Of a DNA stretch of 42,435 nucleotides, positions 1 through 6,136 are shown one piece after another. The DNA comes from Minisyncoccales bacterium (lineage in GTDB: Bacteria > Patescibacteriota > Minisyncoccia > Minisyncoccales > RBG-13-42-11), in contig JBNAUV010000002.1 of assembly GCA_049700655.1 (NCBI GenBank), positions 1 through 42,435 on the forward strand, in the 5' to 3' direction. A program made the position numbers and the translations under genes. Below the pieces are notes generated by a model. It saw only the letters and a list, made by a program, of their open reading frames with translations, did not search any database and had not been told where the DNA came from. How positions within the stretch are numbered: the stretch's first letter is position 1; each line of letters begins with the position of its first letter.

Positions 1-53
1 AAAGAAAATTTAATTTTCTCTAACGAATTAGAGTTCGCATCTAATACTACGAG

Positions 54-125
54 TGGGTGTGGAAGGAATCGAACCTTCGACCTCCATTTTATCAGAATGG
101 CGTTCTACCACTGAACTACACACCC
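54..125 (-). tRNA. tRNA-Ile (anticodon GAU)
   Basis: The reverse complement folds as a 72-nt cloverleaf. Acceptor GGGTGTG/CACACCC, D arm GTTC-AGTGGTA-GAAC, anticodon stem CCATT/AATGG with loop CTGATAA, T arm GAAGG-TTCGATT-CCTTC, discriminator A. No CCA is encoded. Confidence 0.9.
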
Positions 126-129
126 ATAA

Positions 130-166
130 AATGATTCAGAGCGTTCTAGCGCTGAACTACGCAGCC
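130..166 (-). pseudogene. tRNA-like 5' half remnant (acceptor 5' strand plus D arm, no 3' half)
   Basis: The reverse complement GGCTGCG-TA-GTTC-AGCGCTA-GAAC-G-CTCTG-AATCATT matches the first ~35 nt of a tRNA, with a D arm nearly identical to the adjacent tRNA-Ile. No complementary anticodon-stem 3' strand, T arm or acceptor 3' strand follows. Confidence 0.3.
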
Positions 167-223
167 ATCTTGCAGGCAAACCGACCTATACGCAGATTAA
201 TATTAAATTTTATCAAATTAAAA

Positions 224-246
224 TAAAAAAACAACCCATTGGGTTG
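224..246 (-). terminator. Intrinsic terminator after the 267..1256 gene
   Basis: On the minus strand: stem CAACCC / GGGTTG, 3-nt loop, then a run of T's (plus-strand A-run 224-231). Confidence 0.6.
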
Positions 247-266
247 AAATTTCCAATTACTAAGTT

Positions 267-1256
267 TTATTCTAATTTTTTTTCCACCTCTTTAATCTCT
301 TTATTAATAAATTTTTCTGAAAGATCTAAAGCCTCTTGAATTTGGTTGCGCACCCTTTTTTCCTCTTTGCTTAAATCAGCCTTTTTATCAAATAAAGAAA
401 CGCGTTCATCAATTTCTTCCCTTAAAGCGCGGAAAACAATACTGATTCTTTGGTCAATCTTGCCGATTTCTTTTTTTATTTGGTTGCGATATTTAATTTG
501 TCGGTAACGACAATAACAAATCATCATTAAAAGAATAATAATTAACAAAAGCAAAAGAATAATAATATTTTCGCAAGTCAACATTTGATTTAACCACGGC
601 CCCAAAACAGGAATACGCAATAAGAAATCGCGCCAAGTCAATTCTTTGGTTGGCACTACCACTGGTCTCACTTCTTCGGTTGGTGTGGCTACTTCTAATG
701 GCGCTTCCCCTTCTTCCACTTCTTCTTCTTTTTTTTCTTTTTCTTCTTCAAGCGGAGTAATTTCTTTCGCAATTAAAGTATAACTACCGCTACCAGTTGA
801 AGACAAAATATTGGTGCCCTTGCCATCATCAGCCAAGACTGAACCGCTGCTAAAACTCAGGTTAGCCGTGCCCGCGGTTTTGGCTTTAAAAGTAATACTT
901 AGTAGCGTGCCAGCAGCGCCAGTATAACCGGGCGTTGGTTTGCCGCCGGCAAAACTAATTGTGCCCAAGGCGTTAGAATAAGTCGGTTCTTGGACCCAAA
1001 GCGAAAAAACCGAATCAGTTTTAGAAACCCTGACTACTTCAATTTTATCTGGATCAAAAACCAAAGTGGCGTCAGCCGCGTTTATAGCCACACCGCCGGA
1101 ATTAACTTTGACCTGAACTAAAAAAGTATTGTTAACTGTATAAGTCCCGGTGGAAGGCACCACATATAACGATGCTTTCTGGGCTTTCGCTGTTAAAGGC
1201 AACCAGACCAAATAAACGCTAAAACACAATAAAATTAGAAACTTGTTGAAATTCAT
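267..1256 (-). CDS. Membrane-anchored cohesin-domain surface protein
   Basis: Signal peptide (LPLTAKA|Q). Cohesin-like beta-sandwich (LYVVPSTGTYTVNNTFLVQVKVNSGGVAINAADATLVFDPDKIEVV...LSITFKAKTAGTANLSF). Acidic Glu-rich linker, one TM helix (IIILLLLLIIILLMMI) and a Lys/Glu coiled-coil tail. Confidence 0.7.
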   Translation of the reverse strand: MNFNKFLILLCFSVYLVWLPLTAKAQKASLYVVPSTGTYTVNNTFLVQVKVNSGGVAINAADATLVFDPDKIEVVRVSKTDSVFSLWVQEPTYSNALGTISFAGGKPTPGYTGAAGTLLSITFKAKTAGTANLSFSSGSVLADDGKGTNILSSTGSGSYTLIAKEITPLEEEKEKKEEEVEEGEAPLEVATPTEEVRPVVVPTKELTWRDFLLRIPVLGPWLNQMLTCENIIILLLLLIIILLMMICYCRYRQIKYRNQIKKEIGKIDQRISIVFRALREEIDERVSLFDKKADLSKEEKRVRNQIQEALDLSEKFINKEIKEVEKKLE

Positions 1257-1323
1257 AGAAACTTATAGAAATTTATTCCAATGAATTTCTATTAATTTTG
1301 CAGCCGAAGGCTGCGTATTTCCA
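1257..1323 (-). repeat. Intergenic TAGAAAT-type motifs plus GC hairpin with UUCG loop
   Basis: Minus strand reads tggaaatac-GCAGCC-ttcg-GGCTGC-aaaattaatagaaatt...aatttctataagtttct-ATG. The hairpin lies at 1300-1314. There is also an inverted tagaaatt/aatttcta pair. Confidence 0.5.
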
Positions 1324-2259
1324 TCAGTTTCTATCAGTTTCTTCTTTTTTTCTTATCTTTGTAATAATAAGTATTATGACTGCTCCACCACCCAATAAAA
1401 TCAATGGTATTATCCAGTAAGGAAATGGTTTTATTGGCGGTACATACTCCACAATTCTTTCATTGCCCGCTTTATCCACTGCCTTCACTTTTATTATAAT
1501 GCCCAATCTCTGATTTTTCAACAAATAGGGACTACTTGCCCTCTGCCAGTCGGCCTCCCCTTCTTTTACCTCATAATAATCAATACCGCTTTGTTTGTCT
1601 TGAGCCTGAAAAACAATAAAGTATTTTCCTTCAAGAATTGACTTATCTCGGTTAAGTTTAATTTCAAATTGTTCGGGCGGAAGAGTATCTCTTATTAAAA
1701 TTGTTTCCCATTCATTTAATGGCTCTTCTCGTTTTTCCGGTAAAATAGTTAGGACAGCATTTTTAAAATTTAATTTAGCCGGCGTTCCCAAGCCGTCATT
1801 TAATAAACCTTGCGAGCTTTCCAGAAATTCCACTTTCGCGTAGTTTTGTGTTCTGTTTGGCGCGGTTTCGCGTACTTGAAAAGCAATTCTACCAAGCAAA
1901 TTTGGCTTTCCCAGCTCTCCGGGCAAAACCCCACAATAGCCGCCCGGAATTCCACCGGTAAAAGAAATTTTTCCTTCTTCTTGGTTAATTTTCGGACTTT
2001 CCAACCAAATGCTCAAAATTGAATTGCCAGTGCTAAAATCAACCACCTCTAAAATATCTTTAGAAAAACTCAAATCAACTTTAACTGTGTTAATACACTC
2101 GCCTTCGGTATCTATTCTCGTTTCAACTATAAAGATGTCACCCTGATAATATTGACCCTGGGAGGGCGCTAAATATAAAACTACTGCTTTTGTACCCAAG
2201 GGAATCAATGTGAAGAACAACAGAAGTATTGAAATTTGTAGAAACTTATTGAAACTCAT
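1324..2259 (-). CDS. Cohesin-domain surface protein with a second Ig-like domain and C-terminal TM anchor
   Basis: Signal peptide. Cohesin-like segment (VVLYLAPSQGQYYQGDIFIVETRIDTEGECINTVKVDLSFSKDILEVVDF...), paralogous in pattern to 267..1256. C-terminal TM (WIIPLILLGGGAVIILIITKI) followed by a basic tail. Confidence 0.7.
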   Translation of the reverse strand: MSFNKFLQISILLLFFTLIPLGTKAVVLYLAPSQGQYYQGDIFIVETRIDTEGECINTVKVDLSFSKDILEVVDFSTGNSILSIWLESPKINQEEGKISFTGGIPGGYCGVLPGELGKPNLLGRIAFQVRETAPNRTQNYAKVEFLESSQGLLNDGLGTPAKLNFKNAVLTILPEKREEPLNEWETILIRDTLPPEQFEIKLNRDKSILEGKYFIVFQAQDKQSGIDYYEVKEGEADWQRASSPYLLKNQRLGIIIKVKAVDKAGNERIVEYVPPIKPFPYWIIPLILLGGGAVIILIITKIRKKEETDRN

Positions 2260-2301
2260 TGAAATTTATTGTTTTTAGACTTATAAGTAGAAGAGATGAA
2301 A

Positions 2302-2671
2302 TTATTCAGTTTGATAGGCAATTTCTCGGCAATTTTTTTTGAATTCCTTATATCTCAACTCGTCTACCTTTCCTCTTTCCTTAAGTAATTCTATCCAATA
2401 ATCGTTGCATTCACTTAAAGAAGCTCTACTATTATAGAATAGAAAAATTTTATTTTCTCTTCTCTAAAAAATGAAATCTACCATACCCCTCTGCGATATT
2501 AGCTCCAACTGAATCTGTTGCCTCAATAAATTGATCCCCGCTAATCTTTTTTGTTTGCCAATCCAAAGAATTATAAATCTCCCATCCAATTTTAGACAAT
2601 TCTCTTGCTAATTGGTAAACCTCCAAATCCTTTAACAAAATATATTTATTTTTATTCCCACTAATTTCCAT
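2302..2671 (-). pseudogene. Four-helix-bundle protein (23S rRNA-IVS protein family) with a frameshift
   Basis: The N-terminal 73-aa ORF ends ...SVGANIAEGYGRFHFLEKRK*. The family-typical continuation (RRENKIFLFYNSRASLSECNDYWIELLKERGKVDELRYKEF...) reads in another frame, starting at a T-run (cattttttagag) near 2465. One indel in a homopolymer would explain it. Confidence 0.65.
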
Positions 2672-2726
2672 AAGTTTCTATTAATTTCAGCCCGAAGGGC
2701 TATATTTCTATGAAGTTTCCAAGATA
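2672..2726 (-). repeat. Intergenic TAGAAAT motifs plus GC hairpin with UUCG loop
   Basis: Minus strand reads catagaaatat-AGCCC-ttcg-GGGCT-gaaattaatagaaactt-ATG. The hairpin lies at 2689-2701. The layout matches 1257..1323. Confidence 0.5.
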
Positions 2727-3743
2727 TTAGCCCGTCCAATAATACATCAATATGGAAAAATCTGGCAAATTGACAATGCCATCGCGATTCATATCCACGC
2801 AAGGATTATATTTTCCCCACCAGTAAAGCATAATGGAAAAATCAATTAAATTCACTCGGCCATCTTTATTAAAATCAGCGCCCGGACAAACCTGGCCCTC
2901 TTCATATCGGCCAACATAAAAAGTCAATACATTAGAATAAGATGACTTTAATCCTTCTAAGGTTTCTGCCTTGGCGCGCGTTGTATGAGTGCCCTCTTCT
3001 AAAACAGCTGTGTTAAAAAGATATTGCCAGAAGCCCAATTTATCCGCCTGAGTATTTTTCATAATTTCGGTTGATTGAATTGAAATGCTTAATTGGCTTT
3101 CTGGCGCTGTTTGGCCTAAAATATTTAAAGATTCGCCTTTGGTTACTTTGGTTTTATCTAACTCAATTGTGGGCGGAATAAAAATATCAGATACAGTGGT
3201 GGTTAAATTGTTTTGTACGCTAACAGTAAAAGAAAAAGTAATTGACCGCCGTCCTTTTGTATCTTCAGCCCATAAACTAAAAGTGTAAATACCGCCATAA
3301 AGATCAGTAATTTCAGTTTTAAAATTAGCCAGAGCGTCAGCTGTAATCATTTTCACCACCCGGCCGTCCATTAAAATCGTAATTTTTGCCAAAGGATAAG
3401 CTTTACCTTCTAAAATTACCCGTGTTTCAGTGCTGGGCGGCACACCCCCGCCTCCGCCGCCGCCTCCGCCGCCGCCTCCGCCGCTAGTGCAATTAGCAGT
3501 ATTAAAAGTACAAGCCGGAGTACAACTTAAAGAGCCACCTGTATAGCCCAAAGTTTGACAGGTGGCTCCACCCAAATCCGTACCATCGCACTGCTCGCCA
3601 GTTTCTTTGATATTATTTCCGCAAACCGTGATTCTAATTGTGGCTTGAACAGTGGCGGTTTCAGCCGCAAAAACAAAAGAAAATTCGCTCCAGAAACCGA
3701 TTAATAATAAAGAAATTATAATAATTAGAAAAACTTTTTTCAT
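2727..3743 (-). CDS. Secreted protein: Cys-rich repeat, Gly13 linker, Ig-like region and C-terminal type-I dockerin
   Basis: Signal peptide. CGNNIKETGEQCDGTDLGGATCQ...C repeat (myxococcal Cys-rich-repeat style). A run of 13 Gly. Two C-terminal 22-residue Ca-loop segments, DFNKDGRVNLIDFSIMLYWW and DMNRDGIVNLPDFSILMYYW, give the dockerin signature. Confidence 0.75.
   Translation of the reverse strand: MKKVFLIIIISLLLIGFWSEFSFVFAAETATVQATIRITVCGNNIKETGEQCDGTDLGGATCQTLGYTGGSLSCTPACTFNTANCTSGGGGGGGGGGGGGVPPSTETRVILEGKAYPLAKITILMDGRVVKMITADALANFKTEITDLYGGIYTFSLWAEDTKGRRSITFSFTVSVQNNLTTTVSDIFIPPTIELDKTKVTKGESLNILGQTAPESQLSISIQSTEIMKNTQADKLGFWQYLFNTAVLEEGTHTTRAKAETLEGLKSSYSNVLTFYVGRYEEGQVCPGADFNKDGRVNLIDFSIMLYWWGKYNPCVDMNRDGIVNLPDFSILMYYWTG
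3444..3482 (-). repeat. GGC/GGA trinucleotide tract encoding Gly13
   Basis: Minus strand reads ggc gga ggc ggc ggc gga ggc ggc ggc gga ggc ggg ggt, with an internal 12-nt periodicity. Confidence 0.9.
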
Positions 3744-3768
3744 TCATCTCTTAATAAATAATAAAAGC

Positions 3769-3868
3769 AAACCTCAAAATGCAAATCTCAAAATGAAAAT
3801 TAAAAATGGAAAATTAATTTTTAACTTTGCATTGTCATTTTGAAATTTGAGATTTGAATTTTAAATTC
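3769..3868. repeat. ORF-less copy of the A/T-rich inverted-repeat scaffold that flanks the 5323..5667 4HB gene
   Basis: Left half (ctcaaaatgcaaatctcaaaatgaaaattaaaaatggaaaatt) is about 90% identical by eye to 5280-5322. Right half (ttgcattgtcattttgaaatttgagatttgaattttaaatt) matches 5676-5722 apart from a 7-nt indel. The internal 11-bp stem is caaatctcaaa/tttgagatttg. Only about 10 nt separate the arms. Confidence 0.7.
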
Positions 3869-3875
3869 CAATCAA

Positions 3876-4490
3876 TTACTTCCTCGCGATCTGAATCTTA
3901 AATCTTTTACCAATCAATCTAATCGCAATCGCCAAAACAATTAAAACCAAAATTATCGTGTCCCACGGATGATATTTTCTATATAAACTGATAAATCGGT
4001 AATAAATCCCTTGAAAGATATTGGCAGGCGCAACCGTGAAATAAAGCTTGGCAGCCGCCGCCACTCCTACTCTTGTCTGACCGCTTTCGGCTTTTTTAAC
4101 CGGATGGCCTTCCAGATAAGCAAAATAATTTCCCGGAACGGTTTTTGTCGGCAGGGTCAATGTAATTTTGACCTGCTGAACCTGACCCGGCTCCAAATGA
4201 AATGAGGTCGGTTCAAAACTAAACCACTCTTTGGCTGGTTTTAATCCCATCTCAGGATTTGTTTCCTGCCCTTCATGATATTCAAGGGAAACTCCATATT
4301 CTCCCGGCTCATCTCCAGTATTTAAAACCGGCAAAGATGGCAAATCATAAATCATTCCCGCTTTTAAGGGTTTATCAACCTGAATTTTGCCAACCCCAAC
4401 TCCCACTCCAATTCTGCCGAAAACTACCATCGGCAAAACCAAAACCAAACCAGCCAGCAATATTAAACTAACTCGCGTCAGTTTTCCCAT
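3876..4490 (-). CDS. Signal-peptide protein with Ig-like (PapD/DUF916-like) domain and C-terminal TM anchor
   Basis: N-terminal signal/TM. Beta-rich segment with FEPTSFHLEPGQVQQVKITLTLPTKTVPGNYFAYLEG, typical of Ig-like surface domains. C-terminal TM (TIILVLIVLAIAIRLI) plus a basic tail. No family assignment is possible by eye. Confidence 0.6.
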   Translation of the reverse strand: MGKLTRVSLILLAGLVLVLPMVVFGRIGVGVGVGKIQVDKPLKAGMIYDLPSLPVLNTGDEPGEYGVSLEYHEGQETNPEMGLKPAKEWFSFEPTSFHLEPGQVQQVKITLTLPTKTVPGNYFAYLEGHPVKKAESGQTRVGVAAAAKLYFTVAPANIFQGIYYRFISLYRKYHPWDTIILVLIVLAIAIRLIGKRFKIQIARK

Positions 4491-4559
4491 AAATTTCTAT
4501 TTTTATTATTTCTCTATATTTCTATGTATTTCTACGTATTTCTACCAGTTTCTATTCAA
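4491..4559 (-). repeat. Array of TAGAAAT-type motifs upstream of 3876..4490
   Basis: Minus strand reads aatagaaactgg-tagaaatacg-tagaaataca-tagaaatatagagaaataataaaaa-tagaaattt-ATG. That is five to six copies of TAGAAA(T/C). Confidence 0.6.
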
Positions 4560-5084
4560 TTAGCTAGCCACTGCCTGAACAGTCACATCAACTGATTGCT
4601 GAGTATAGTTAGAAGTAGCTGTTGGCGTGCCCAATCTCAATTGAAAATCAACTGTGCCGCTTGTCGCAATGCCGGTATCCAATGTCGCATAACTGGTGGT
4701 TAAAGCAGTATAATTGGTTGGCGGTGTTGAACAATCATTGTCCGTATCATTGCAGAATTGATGAGTGTATTGTTCAGAACCAGGCGAAGATGCCAATGTC
4801 CAGTTAGCGCTGTTTTGTCCCTTGATATTAAAGTTTTCAGTGACATTACCGTTGTTAGTGGCAGTTTGCATATCATTCAACTCACCAGGAAGCGTACTTT
4901 TCCAGGTATTGACTGCCATTGTCCCATAAGCCACCGAACCATCAGAAACTGAAACCGAGATATTCTGAACCGTCACTGTGGCTGTCACTGTTGCTGTGTC
5001 AGCTGCCCTAACTATTGTAAAAACCATCATTCCTGCCAAAGCCAAAATTCCAATTGTGGCAATTAATTTCTTCATATAGTTCAC
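4560..5084 (-). CDS. Small secreted beta-rich protein, paralog of the C-terminal module of the 5723..8146 protein
   Basis: Signal peptide (TIVRA|AD) and an SD-like aaggtga 6 nt upstream. Residues 42-174 are about three-quarters identical by eye to the last 137 aa of the large protein (LPGELNDMQTATN.GNVTENFNIKGQN...WTLAS...QFCNDTD.DCS.PPTNYTALTTSY...QQSVDVT.QAV). Confidence 0.8.
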   Translation of the reverse strand: MNYMKKLIATIGILALAGMMVFTIVRAADTATVTATVTVQNISVSVSDGSVAYGTMAVNTWKSTLPGELNDMQTATNNGNVTENFNIKGQNSANWTLASSPGSEQYTHQFCNDTDNDCSTPPTNYTALTTSYATLDTGIATSGTVDFQLRLGTPTATSNYTQQSVDVTVQAVAS

Positions 5085-5127
5085 CTTAATTTTATTTTAA
5101 CCTTTTATTAAACTCGACCTTTCAAAT

Positions 5128-5152
5128 AAAAAAGCACGCTAAAAATGCGTGC
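5128..5152 (-). terminator. Hairpin plus T-run between the 4HB cassette and the 4560..5084 gene
   Basis: Minus strand: GCACGC-atttta-GCGTGC followed by tttttt. Confidence 0.55.
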
Positions 5153-5181
5153 AAAAATTTGCCTCTTTTAAGAGTTGTCTC

Positions 5182-5197
5182 AGAGAGAGAGAGAGAG
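5182..5197. repeat. (AG)8 / (CT)8 dinucleotide microsatellite
   Basis: agagagagagagagag read directly from the sequence. It is intergenic, upstream of the 4560..5084 gene. Confidence 0.95.
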
Positions 5198-5234
5198 TAT
5201 CTATTTGTCTTAAAACCCATCATAGTTTTATTAT

Positions 5235-5262
5235 ATTATAGCAAAGATTGTAAGGCAAGCAA
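5235..5262 (-). promoter_or_regulatory. Candidate sigma70-type promoter (TTGCTT-16-TATAAT)
   Basis: Minus strand reads ttgctt gccttacaatctttgc tataat. Downstream lie the (CT)8 tract, the hairpin at 5128-5152 and the 4560..5084 gene. Confidence 0.4.
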
Positions 5263-5270
5263 CTGTGGAT

Positions 5271-5722
5271 AAAATTCAAATCTCAAAATTCAAATCTCAA
5301 AATGAAAATTTAAAATGTAAAATTATTTTTTACCTTTCATAGTTAATACACCAGCACCGATAATTTTGGCAATTTCGTCCACTTCTCGAAGTAGTTTATC
5401 GGCTTGCACTTTCAAATCGGTTAAACTTTCCCTAACAAGAATTAACCAATATTTTGTTTCATTAGCACTTTTAAGAGCGATTTGGAAAAATTTCAAATAA
5501 TCAAGTTTTGAACTCGATGCTTTGGCTTCAATAATATTGGCTCCAATTGAAGTAGCTGAGCGTATTAATTGATCGGCTATTGACCATAAGTTTCTATCCT
5601 TGCGAACTTCCTGGCAGAATTTAATTATTTCTAAAGAAAATTTAATAAGCCGTCTATTAAATTCCATTTTGAATTTTGAATTGTCATTTTGCATTTTGAG
5701 ATTTGAGGTTTGAATTTTAAAT
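5271..5722. repeat. A/T-rich inverted-repeat scaffold enclosing a 4HB ORF ('filled' cassette)
   Basis: Left arm 5271-5322 (aaaattcaaatctcaaaattcaaatctcaaaatgaaaatttaaaatgtaaaatt) and right arm 5668-5722 (tttgaattttgaattgtcattttgcattttgagatttgaggtttgaattttaaatt) are mutually complementary, built from caaaat/ctcaaa units. The ORF sits exactly between them. Confidence 0.7.
5323..5667 (-). CDS. Four-helix-bundle protein (23S rRNA-IVS protein family)
   Basis: MEFNRRLIKFSLEIIKFCQEV...LIRSATSIGANIIEAKASSSKLDYLKFFQIALKSANETKYWL shows the family pattern. I moved the start to Met35 of the tracked ORF, because the upstream part is the repeat arm and overlaps the preceding gene. Confidence 0.8.
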   Translation of the reverse strand: MEFNRRLIKFSLEIIKFCQEVRKDRNLWSIADQLIRSATSIGANIIEAKASSSKLDYLKFFQIALKSANETKYWLILVRESLTDLKVQADKLLREVDEIAKIIGAGVLTMKGKK

Positions 5723-6136
5723 TTACGGTTGCACTGCTTGTATTGTAACATCAACTGATTGCTGGCCAAAGCAACTTGAAGGATTGGGTGTGGTCAGCCG
5801 TAATTGAATCTGGACCGTGCCATTCACCGGAATGCCGGTATCAAGCGATTGATAGCTGGTGGTCAAGGCAGTATAGTTTGTCGGCGGTGAAGAACAGTCA
5901 TAATCAGTATCATTGCAAAACTGATGGACATATTGGTCAGAGCCGTTAGTTGAGGCCAAGGTCCAGGTGCAGCCTCCGCCACTGGCATTCTGTCCTTTAA
6001 TATTGAAATTTTCCGTCACATTGCCGTCATTGGTTGCTGTTTGCATATCATTCAACTCTCCAGGCAAAGTGCTTTTTGAAGTATTAGCCGGCATAATCCC
6101 ATAAGAAACCGTGCCATCAGAAACCGAGACAGAAAC
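5723..6136 (-). repeat. Paralogous module copy (the other copy is 4560..4961)
   Basis: The similarity is visible at nucleotide level too, e.g. gtttgcatatcattcaactc(a/t)ccagg and cccataag..acc...ccatcagaaac are shared. Confidence 0.8.

Noticed and set aside
5264-5272. A perfect DnaA-box 9-mer (tgtggataa, equivalent to TTATCCACA), raising the idea of an origin.
   Set aside because: It is a single isolated copy. A given 9-mer is expected by chance at roughly 0.3 occurrences in 42 kb on both strands. There is no cluster, no AT-rich unwinding element in phase with it, and no dnaA or dnaN nearby.
4560-6136. Whether the two paralogous modules (4560..4961 and 5723..6136) could be a DGR template/variable repeat pair.
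   Set aside because: Nucleotide differences between the copies are of all substitution types rather than adenine-specific. Both copies are protein-coding. No reverse transcriptase is present in the window.
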